64,000 nt of DNA from Tubiluchus corallicola (lineage: Eukaryota; Animalia; Priapulida): positions 1-64,000 of the forward strand of contig JAQGDQ010000705.1 in the NCBI GenBank assembly GCA_030141605.1, written 5' to 3'. Positions within the stretch are counted from its first letter, which is position 1. Every line of letters begins with the position of its first letter. The notes under the pieces are model-generated. The model was given only the letters and a program-made list of their open reading frames with translations. It was not told the DNA's origin and made no database searches. The translations under genes and the position numbers were made by a program. Shown one piece after another: positions 11,197-21,590 of this stretch.

Positions 11197-13045
11197 AATG
11201 ACACTTTATAAAGAGAGCGTGGGCGCAGGCTAAGCTAGAAATTGAAACCTTCAGATCAGACAACAATCAAGGCCGTGGTTTCCCATATTGCAGGATGACG
11301 TGCGTGCGCAAATCATTTCGAAACGCCGCGAATTAAAAGCAAAAAAGTGTCGTATTTTAATTTTAAAGTTAACTGAAATCTATTTACGTTGACAAGCCAA
11401 GGATACTCATATTTCGTTTTTTCAAATGTGAACGCTAAGACCTTGCCAATGAAGGATCATAAATAATAAGGCCATGACTAGGGCCTAATTTTTTTTCCAA
11501 AAAGCGGTAGGAACTAAGTGAATTAACCTTAGTATTAAATTTACTTAGGCCTCTTCAAGTTTATGTTATTGTCCTATTCGGCATTGCATATATCATTTGC
11601 AAATAATGTAAACTCTGTCGTAGGCTGATAGTGATACTGTCTGAATGATTACATATAATTCAATTGTATAAATTATGAACAGCTTGGAAACCTGTCAAAA
11701 GAATGCTAGAGGACAGTGTTACTGTATTTTAATTGATCTGTTTTGAGCAGCTTTCAAAGTTTTTTTGCCTAGACGTGTAGTCATGAACTTACTACCTATG
11801 CAACAACTGTTGAGCTGTATGACCCGATTGCATTATAATTGATAATTAATATAACTCATATTTCATTCTGTTTTTTCGCACAAATTAACTTTAGGCCCTA
11901 AATGGCTATCTTCATTGTAGGTGCCGCTATATTTGGTATGCATACACACACAACTTTTGACGTGCAAGGGCACACTGCTTTAATGTAGGGTTTGACTTGC
12001 ATCCAATTTGTTTTACGGCAAATCCACTTTTCTAGAACCTATTAAGTGTACACCCGGCAGCATTAAAGAAGATGAAACCATCCAAACGTGATTGTCCTGC
12101 TAAGAACTCATCCATTTACTAACCAAACCGAACCTTGTTTAACTAAAGTCACTAAACAGGTATCGTAACCACTCGGCTATTAGAGCTTCATTTTGAGAAT
12201 GTTTCGCATGTTATAAGCCATGTAAAATTGTCTTGTAATAAAGTTCTTTCAAGTGAATTTAGAATTGTGGCATACTTACATATAACTTTAAATTGACACA
12301 AAATTAATGATTTACTTCAAATGCTTTAAAAAAATAAATAGTGGCTATGGCACATGTTCAACTGTAGGTGGCAAAATTATAACAGTGATTGTGAAATACT
12401 TCTTAAAGCAGTTACAGCTTGAATTACTTCACATTGATTTGCTGAACATCACAGAGTCAGATTATCACGATACGAGTGCACTTTGTGCTTACGTGTATTG
12501 TAATAAAAGATATAATGATACATCGATACATTAATGTATTGTTACAGGCCTACTAGCAGCTGTGTGAAATTGAGTGCCATAAAACTTGATGCTTTGATGA
12601 TTGAGAATGACTTTAATTACATACACAGTTTAAAATGTATAACCACATACTGCATAATCCAGATAAACTATTGAAAATTATAAGAAGTATCCAAAAATAA
12701 AGCATAGAATTATTGTATGTTTCATCACTAGACTGTAATACAGTATTTAACAGTTCTTTTTTGTTTTACTAAGCATTAGTATAGCAAACTCTAGTAATTG
12801 TTAAATGTTTTTGCTTAGGCTACAAAATATTAAAATTTTATGTTGCTGGCTCGCTGGCCTATGACTGTAGGATGGCCGCGCCACACTCCTATCTGGATAT
12901 CCTGAGGGTGTCAGGCCACCCTAAACATCTTTAACTAGGTCTGTAGTTTTGAAAAGAATTGCACTGTAATAGAGATGTGATGAAAACTCTTAAAAGGTAA
13001 AAAACTTTTGTTACAGCTTGGGAATTATGTAGTCTGCAGACAAAT

Positions 13046-14308
13046 ATGGGTCTAATGGACTTTGTTGACTCATTAAGAGACAATCCGTATTTTGGTGCTG
13101 GATTTGGTCTGGTCGGTATTGGCGCCCTCTTAGCAGCAGCTCGCAAAGGACAGCAGGTTGGCTTGATTCTCTTCCGACGGCATTTTATGATAACACTAGA
13201 AGTGCCAAGCAAGGATAAAAGTTATCAGTGGTTGTTGCAATGGATTGCTGCTAATGCCAAGAAGTCCCAACATTTAAGTGTTGAAACAACATTTAGTCAG
13301 AGAGAAAACGGTAGCATCAGTACACAGTTTGATTTTGTTCCCAGTCCCGGGGATCACTATTTCCGCTACGGTAATACCTGGATACGGGTGGAACGAACGC
13401 GCGAGAAGCAGATTGTGGACTTGCATAGTGGCGCGCCCTGGGAAACGGTGCAGCTTACATCAATCGGCCGAGATCGTAGATTGTATTTTCACATTTTAGA
13501 GGAAGCTAGAAAGATGGCTTTACAAAAAACTGAAGGTAAAACCATCATGTACAGTGCATACGGTTCGGAATGGCGGCAATTTGGCTTTCCTCGCAAGCGA
13601 CGACCGATAACATCTGTCGTCCTAGATGAAGGCATTGCGGAACGAATCCTTTATGACATCAAAGAGTTCATTGAAACTCCCCACTGGTACACGGAGCGCG
13701 GCATTCCTTACCGTCGAGGTTATTTACTATATGGCCCACCAGGTTGCGGTAAAAGCAGTTTTATAACCGCTCTAGCTGGTGAATTAGAATACAGTATATG
13801 TGTGCTAAATCTGAGTGAAAGAGGTTTATCAGATGATAGACTAAACCACCTGCTTAGTGTGGCTCCTCAACAAAGCATAATTTTGCTAGAAGATGTTGAT
13901 TCGGCATTTGTTAGCAGAGAGGAAAGTCCCAAGATGAAATCTGCCTATGAAGGATTGAGTCGGGTGACATTTAGTGGCTTGTTAAATTGTCTGGATGGTG
14001 TTGCATCGAGTGAGGCAAGAATATTGTTCATGACAACTAACTATATAGAAAGGTTAGATGCAGCTCTAATTCGACCAGGACGTGTCGACATTAAAGAGAA
14101 AATTGATTATGCTACTCATCATCAGCTTGTTCAGATGTTCTTACGATTTTATCCCAAGCAAAGCGCTGAAGAAGCGGAAAATTTCGCCAATCGTCTGGCT
14201 TCTTTTAACCGCCCTATCAGCATGGCGCAAGTACAAGGTTTATTCATGTGTCATAAAAATGATCCGGCGGAAGTTTTGAAGAATTCTGAGAAGTTGTGGG
14301 ATTTATAA
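13046..14308 (+). CDS. BCS1L: Mitochondrial chaperone BCS1 (AAA ATPase), single coding exon, 420 aa
   Basis: N-terminal [12 protein letters not shown] transmembrane region, Walker A GPPGCGKS, Walker B IILLEDVD and [12 protein letters not shown]. Upstream acceptor at 13016; AATAAA overlaps the stop codon. Confidence 0.98.
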   Translation: MGLMDFVDSLRDNPYFGAGFGLVGIGALLAAARKGQQVGLILFRRHFMITLEVPSKDKSYQWLLQWIAANAKKSQHLSVETTFSQRENGSISTQFDFVPSPGDHYFRYGNTWIRVERTREKQIVDLHSGAPWETVQLTSIGRDRRLYFHILEEARKMALQKTEGKTIMYSAYGSEWRQFGFPRKRRPITSVVLDEGIAERILYDIKEFIETPHWYTERGIPYRRGYLLYGPPGCGKSSFITALAGELEYSICVLNLSERGLSDDRLNHLLSVAPQQSIILLEDVDSAFVSREESPKMKSAYEGLSRVTFSGLLNCLDGVASSEARILFMTTNYIERLDAALIRPGRVDIKEKIDYATHHQLVQMFLRFYPKQSAEEAENFANRLASFNRPISMAQVQGLFMCHKNDPAEVLKNSEKLWDL

Positions 14309-16178
14309 TAAATGTAGTGATAAATGGTAGCAGTTTTGTTTTACTCTTTTGTGCTAGATCAAAGCTTTAGAGCTCCCACCAGTGTTCGATGCAACCGTTG
14401 TTGCCTGTATCGCACAGAAAAACCTGTAAGGTGCAATCCATGAGATGTCTTTCATAAGTCGCATGTGGTAATCCGCGGTATGCGCCTTGCTCTGTGTAAC
14501 TAGCAAGACGTTTTGCCTTATTGCGCTGTTTGGCGGGAGGCACGAAACTACCATGTTTTAGTACAATAGATACTATAGCTTAATACTTAATATAATTTTA
14601 CTCATTACAGAATAACAGACTGTATTCACACACGTATTGTATAATATGATTGACTGGTATGCTGCCTCCTGCATGCAATATACATTTCTTATTTGTATTG
14701 TAGTAATACGGCAGTTTTAAATGAGCGTTGTAGATTAAAAATGTTTTTTAATGTTTATAATGTATCGCTATTATCAATTCTTATGATATAAATGAATTTT
14801 GCATAGAAGAAAGTTAAATTACACTAATTTTCACATTAGTAATGACCAAAAATGCCGTATGGCAAATGAAATTCATTTTGCAATATGGCGCCTTATTAAC
14901 CGCTCAACAGGGACCATTGGTTAGCATAACATTCATTTTTGATGAGGCAGCCTTTTCTCCTTGCAGATTACGTCCAGTCCTGTCTAACATGGGCCTTAAT
15001 TTACCCTTTACGTGCTTCATGGAGCACTCTCTGTTTAACCATACTTACCTAACCTGGATTTTTTTCATTTATAACATTTAACTGGCCGCATTCTGCTGTT
15101 ATTGCACAAATGTATAACTAGTATGTAACTATATGGAAAATGTCTTAGCAGTCGGATGAACTATGTTATAGTAGCAACTTGTTTTGTTATGAAATTATGG
15201 TAGTAGAACATTACTACGTTTTCTCGCCGTGCGTTTTTGTCATTTTGTTCAACTAAGAGTCAACAAGTTTTTATGATTTTCAAATAGTTAGTTGTAGACT
15301 GCACTGTACCACATGATGTTCTTTTACAATAAATGTACAGCGTCAACTTAGTTGGTACTTTTTTAATGTGAATGTTATTCAAACGTATCCAAAAATGTGC
15401 TCGTACGATATTTGTGAAATTGTAATATGAATTTAATGTTTGTATGATAAAGTCGTATCTTAATGTTGTGTAGGTTTTAAATTTATAATTACATCGAAAT
15501 TAAATTTGTAATTTAGAGCAGACTTAGTTATAACGTAATAAAATTATGGAGGCATCTGCAGTATTAATTACTTTTTAACAGTTTTGTAATTTTCAGCTAT
15601 AAGTAAGTAAATATGGAAGAAAGTTCTAGTTTTTGATTCTGAGTAAACCTGTGAAGGCTCGCAGTTAAAATTAATGGAGGTTTTGCTTCACTAAATTTTT
15701 AGCCATTCTTTTAATAGTGTGTAAAATGAAACAAACAGTTGTAGTTTGATATTGTAATTTTAAACAAACAGTCGTACGAATGTTTATACATAAACTTGAT
15801 CAAATCTTTGAAAAAATATTTTTTGTTTACTAATAGCGTAAATTGTCGCAGTTCAAGCTTGATCCATTCATTGTAAGCATGGCACAACTGACAACAAACT
15901 GTGTGAGTGACAGTACTTTCTCTACCTGGGCTCAGACATGTGCACATGGCCGCATGCGCAAAACACCGCATTGCTTGAACTGTGAGCGCACTGTGCTGGG
16001 CTGCAAAACAAACAATACTGCTCTCATGTGCTTTGATTCCGTACAAGTATACAGAAAGAACTAAGAAAAGAGACTTATTATATTGTATGTTATCGATAAT
16101 ATTGAGTGAAAATAGGTGGTGCTGCTGTTCCACAGTACCGGTACGTGAGCCGCCACTGCTGTAAATGTAAGGTAGTGC

Positions 16179-16196
16179 CAGCGCCACCTACAGGTG
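16179..16196 (-). promoter_or_regulatory. CTCF-like motif
   Basis: Minus strand CACCTGTAGGTGGCGCTG is close to the CCASYAGRKGGCRS consensus; motif match only. Confidence 0.4.
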
Positions 16197-16613
16197 CTTT
16201 TGTAGATTGGGTCTACATGTTTCTACTAGTTCTACAGAGTAAATTTAAAAAAGCTTCTACGGTGAATGTACTTACAACTGTTTTTTCCATTTCATAGCTT
16301 TGTAGACTTTTGCATGTGTAATTAAGGTTGTTTGGTATTAATTTGTTTAATCTTCATTTTACAATATTGTTGACGTAAAAGTTCGTAAAGTAATTAAAGT
16401 AATTAATTAAAATTTCTTTGTACCAACTGGAGTAAATACCAGTGGCTACTGAAAAGTCGCAGGGAAGATCTAGTGCATCTTTCACAGTTACTGAAACTTA
16501 TGTTCAGTAGTTTGTAATAAACATCTTTCACAGTTACTGAAACTCATATTCAGTAGTTTGTAAGAAACTGTTTATCATTGCAGGCAGATTTCGTGACTTT
16601 GTAAATAAGCAGC

Positions 16614-18627
16614 ATGTTGCACTTGACAGATGCGCAGAAGCAGCGCATGGAAAAAAACAGGCAGAAAGCCTTGCAGATGAGAGCTGTAAGACGAGGTACG
16701 TTGTCACGTTTAATATAAACAGTTTGTTGTGTAATGTGTTGGACTATCAAACTTCCACTGTGTTGAGTATAAACAGTAAACAGGCAAGCCATACTAAAGT
16801 CCAATAGTTACGTTAAAGACATGCAGTCTCTTACTTGTACAAGAAACACGGGAAATTTTTTCAGAAATTTATCATTTACTTAGTCATGAAGCCAGGTTTC
16901 ATGCTGTAATTAGTCTTTTGTACGGTTTCTCATTCTTCATGAAGCCAGGTTTCATGCTGTAATTAGTCTTTTGTACGGTTTCTCATTCTGCAAGTTGTGA
17001 TCCTAATGGATCCAACACATTTCAAATGATCAGAACTTATCAATGTTGTTATCAAAGATAATGTCTAACAAGAAGAGAAGACCAACCGAAATGATGCAGA
17101 CTCAGACATTTTCGCTGTTTCATGTGCGTACACATCTTCCCTGAATGAAGTTGACACACAACATCATCATCATCATACGCCCGTCATGTCTACTGTAGAC
17201 ATTGGGCAGACAGAATTCTAAAATAAAAGAAATCTGCCTTCAGACGGGTAAACGCAGCAGTAATCCAGCAAAAAAACGTGGACACTGCTACGCCAGTGGC
17301 TTGTCAGCACCACTTCCGTTGACACACAACGGACAGATTGAACCTTCAACCTGGCTGTCACCGATCCAGTTATTAGTCAGGTTTAGCATTTCATTAAAAC
17401 GTTTAAAATTCCTTTTTTTTTCAATTATCTGCTTTTAATTCCACTCAGCACTTACTCAGTATTTTAAACAGTGGCATGTAATTATTCTGCTAAAACAGTT
17501 AAATAATAAGTTGCAGTTTATAAGAGAGAGTGCAGGCGTTATGATTTACAGTAAATGTTTTTTTTAAAAAAGTGTATCGTTGAGTCTCACAAATTTTCAT
17601 ATTTTCAGCAGCAAAAGAGTCCTCCAAGACTATAACTTCTGCACCATCCATTGCCACAGGGGCACCTAATGGTACTCAACCAAAGTTTTCCAATACAAAT
17701 GTGCCTAAGGTACCAGCAGGTACAGCACAGAGTTCACTCGCTTCATCAAAGACCCTCTATGGTGAATGTGTTGCCATATCTAAAGACAGGTTTGAAGTGC
17801 AAATGGGCTATAGTGCAAATGCAATAGAAATATTTAAACAAATTAGCAGCAAGAGGTATGATCCGCAGACAAAAAACTGGAGCTTTGACATAGCTGAACA
17901 TAAAGAGTTAAAGAGCAAGATGGATGCACTTGAGTCGAATGTGTGCCTGAAAGCATTGCCACAGTTTGTAGTGAGTGCTGTGCAAGGACAGAGTAGTAAC
18001 AGCATTCAGACTGCTGTTGATCTTACTAAGATTGATAAAACGTTACTAGAGTCATTAATGCCATTCCAAAGAGAGGGCGTGCAACTTGGAATAGAAAGAG
18101 GTGGTAGACTATTGCTGGCTGATGATATGGGCTTAGGAAAAACCATACAGGCTTTAGGTATCATGAGTTATTATTCCAGTGACTGGCCGCTGCTTATTGT
18201 GTGTCCATCTAGTGTCAAGTATGGCTGGGTAACTGCAATAGACCGATGGCTACCGTCTGTCGGAATCGACAAAGTGAACGTTGTTGAAACTTCCAAAGAA
18301 CCTGTTTCCGGTCACGTCGTGATCCTCAGCTATGACATGATGCACAGACGAGGAAAAGACTTGGAACTGAGGAGATTCAAAGCTGTGATATTCGATGAGT
18401 CGCACTTCATAAAAAATTATAAAGCCGCCCGAACGCGGACTGCGCAGAAACTTCTCAAGCGAGCATCTAGGGTTCTCATGCTCAGCGGAACGCCAGCTCT
18501 TTCACGACCGGTTGAACTGTACACTCAGATAACTGGCGTAGATCATAAAGTTTTTACCAACTTTCACGAATTTGGTGTGAGGTACTGCCAGGCTAATCAA
18601 ACATTGTGGGGTTGGGATTACTCCGGC
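16614..18627 (+). CDS. SMARCAL1: SMARCAL1 annealing helicase, N-terminal half only; homology ends at 18627 and the ORF runs on to 18762
   Basis: Exon 16614-16695 encodes the RPA-binding motif (LTDAQKQRMEKNRQKALQMR). The exon from 17609 (NAGNAG acceptor) encodes one HARP domain (FKQISSKRYDPQTKNWSF), LMPFQREGV, ADDMGLGKTIQA, DESH, LSGTPALSRPVELYTQI and GWDYSG. No helicase C-terminal lobe was found in the window. Confidence 0.92.
16884..16990. repeat. Two-copy ~53-bp tandem duplication; a similar two-copy ~46-bp duplication lies at 16476-16563
   Basis: TCATGAAGCCAGGTTTCATGCTGTAATTAGTCTTTTGTACGGTTTCTCATTCT occurs twice in tandem. Confidence 0.9.
17162..17380 (-). mobile_element. Probable SINE/LINE 3' end in a SMARCAL1 intron
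   Basis: (CAT)n on + is a (ATG)n tail on the minus strand, adjacent to the stem-loop ATGTCTAC-T-GTAGACAT and a GC-richer body. Confidence 0.45.
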
Positions 18628-18814
18628 GTCTACAAAAGAACTGAGTTTGTGTTCATTTACACACAAAAGCTAGGAAAAAAATACCTTTATCCAAACATGC
18701 TTCAAACAGGGTTAAAACTTATTTGCTTTATTTGCTTCTGGTCACTTTACAACGTTCTCTAAACCAAAACATTTTCTCAGTCTTAAACACTGGAAATAGA
18801 AAAAAAGATCTGAC

Positions 18815-20828
18815 CTGTAGTTCTCTTGTGGCAGTAAAAGTAGTAAAAGCTGTACGGCTCTAATTTGCTGTTGAAAGGCTTTTTTCTTTGCGTCTCCCAT
18901 TGACCCTTCATGACAGATTCCTTTAAAAGTTAAAATTAGAAAAGTTAGACAGCCAGATAATTTTGAGATTTTTAATGATCCAGAATTTCTCCTACAAGCA
19001 TAAGACAAATAAGTATACGAAATTCAAATGGTAAATTACTGGCAATATTTTAATTTTTGCTCTGGGTCAGGATTGAGATCAGGTTGTTTTGAAAATGGTT
19101 AGATTTAAAATGAGATCCTGATATCACTTTTACACAGTATGATGATAGTAATGATAATAATTTTTAGAATAAGATATCTGATAACCTTTAGTGTTCTTCA
19201 CACATATCTACGACCTCGATACCACCATACTGTACCTGCATTGCGTAATCTTACAAAGAGTAAATAGCGATATAAGAATGAAAAATAGATGCAAGTACTG
19301 GTACCTGAACAGTTTACATTACCAAAATGGAACATTATTATGTTAGTTTAGATGCCACATAATTCTCGGAAAAGTTTGTAAATATGAGATTTAAAACTGA
19401 CTTCCCTATCCTATACTTTACATTAAGTAGTTCTATCTTATAATACTTTACTGTGTGCATAAAAAATGTAAAATAATGAATTTTCATTGTTAATTAAAAA
19501 CAGGAAATAGCATAAAAAACAAGACAGCAGGAACATTGCTTTATAAAGTTCACATTCCATGGAAAATTACCTGGCACCAAACAGTGTGCAAGATAGTGGC
19601 TGTCGATTAGTAACGGCTCAGGCAACTCCCCCAAAAATGTCTTCAAGACACAAGCGCAATCGTGTGCACTGAAATAACCACAGTCCAAATCGAATGTAAT
19701 TCCATTGTCCAGCAGAGACTTCAGTTCCTTTTGTCGAGTGGCTTGCCCACTTTTTCTGAATAGTCCCACTTGTTTAATATCTGGAAGGTAAGACTAAGAT
19801 GTATTATGGACAAGAAATGTTTGTGGTAGCATAAAAGCAATGGTAAACGATTCTTTGGTAATACGATAGACATAAGAAAATTACATAAATAAAAAATCAG
19901 TTTATACAAGACCTGATAAATGCGATCATTTTTACACAACAACTTAGAATATAAATGAATATTTTTACTTATATTTTCTATTTTCAGTAAAAATTCTAGA
20001 AATTTACTGGTCCAGTTTGTACAAGATTAAAGTATGATAAAGATTCATACCACATGCGTGATATTGTATTGAATTTTACAGATCATTATTGATTATAGTA
20101 GCTCATATTGATGGCAGTAAAACTTACTGTCATCTCTTTCTAAAAACTGTATCAGCTGAAAGACTTGGGAAATGCCTTCCTGTGTCAAAGGTGCACCAAA
20201 TATACCTCGCTTTCCTGGAAAAAAAGCAAAAACTTTCAAGATAAACAAATAAAAAAGTACTACAAGAACTCAATGTATCAGTTGATTAAAAAATAAAAAC
20301 ACACATTTTTTGCGATTACAGATTTGGTTATTAGCATCCTTTAGTAAGTTCAGTATATTTTTTAAATTTCTGAATAGTAAAGGAATTTCAAAAACATTTT
20401 TTTTACTTTAAAATTTTTATGACAATAATACTAATGGAAGCATGACACAAAGTTGAGCTACAGCACATATTTGTTAGAAGTTACAATGCCATTCAAAATT
20501 AACAACAATAAATAAATAAGAAAAATAAGAAAACACGTGGGTAAATCAAGAAGATTCTGTTGCAACCAGAATCTTAATTATTACTTTTCATACCAGCATC
20601 AGAATTCTTTCTTTTGGAGAATGGCGTCTGGGGTCTTGGCTTTTTAGGATGAGAATTTCTGTTAGTTAGTAGTGCATTTAGCTCATGTGTCCCTAGCTCT
20701 AGGGCAAATGTAAGATGCATGAGACACAACTCTGTAAACTTCTCCGGGTACAAACTGCGCAGGCGTTCAATTTCCTCATCCACAGATAACGATGATGTAG
20801 ATGAAGTGTGTTGCATATGATCCGCCAT
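18815..20828 (-). CDS. ARHGAP19: Rho GTPase-activating protein 19-like, first four coding exons; truncated within the RhoGAP domain
   Basis: Exons 20828-20594 (PEKFTELCLMHLTF), 20214-20128 (GIFGAPLTQEGISQVFQLIQFL), 19780-19571 (GLFRKSG arginine finger; HDCACVLKTFLGELPEPLL) and 18920-18815 (QIRAVQLLLLLLPQENY). Phases are compatible, and the next acceptor is at 18631/18630. Confidence 0.9.
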
Positions 20829-21099
20829 TTTTTCACATCAACCTAAAATCCAAGCGACTATTATTAGTTTTTTCCCAAACACTTTAATTTGCATTTCGGC
20901 AAACAAGAAACTATCACTATATGCAAACACAGTGACTATTTATAGAGTAGTGCAAAAGGTTTGTTTGAGCATGGAAAATCTTTGTTTGATATAGAAAATA
21001 CACATTCATTCACACATCTCATGATAAATTAAAAATGCCAGTATTCACAGCAAGCATATTTGATTGGTTCAGAACAAATATTTTTCAGAGTGAACAAAA

Positions 21100-21590
21100 A
21101 AATTTGCTTAAAGCACAAGAAACCCTTCATAAACATAAAGCTTAAAAAATTCGTTTTGAAATTTTATATCACTTACATACTGCCTTTTTGCGTGCAGGAC
21201 TTCAATCGGCAGTCACGCTGTATAAAACATGTAAATTTAAACTCCCGCGATGACCGTTAGACTCAGCCATTTTCACGACAGGTCATTTGAAACAAGATTA
21301 GATAACATATGAAAAAATAATCACAGCATTCATAGCGCACAAGTCACTAACCAAATAAAATTAAAAATTAATGTATCTTGTCAATAAGATTAAAAATACG
21401 TTTTTTGGTTAGTGAGTGGTGCACTCTGGAGGGTGAGTCAGCAACATTTCACCAATTGGTGAAAACATTTTAAATAATTAATAATTTTGTTTTCTAGTTA
21501 CATAAGTCTTTCCAGCAGGATAAGTAACATAGATTTGCACGGTAAGTCTTTTGAATCATAATTTAACATTGCCTTTTCTTCCCTTGATTT
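21100..21590. repeat. Interspersed repeat, copy 1; direct copy at ~24680-25175; unclassified
   Basis: TTAAAGCACAAGAAA..CCCTTCATAAA..AAAGCTTAAAAAAT, GCTGTATAAAAC.TGTAAATTTAAACTCCC and .AGTCTT.CCA...G.TAAG are shared collinearly. Confidence 0.8.

Noticed and set aside
18628-18762. C-terminal 44 codons of the 353-aa ORF as genuine SMARCAL1 sequence
   Set aside because: The sequence is non-homologous and AT-rich; it is the antisense of an ARHGAP19 intron.
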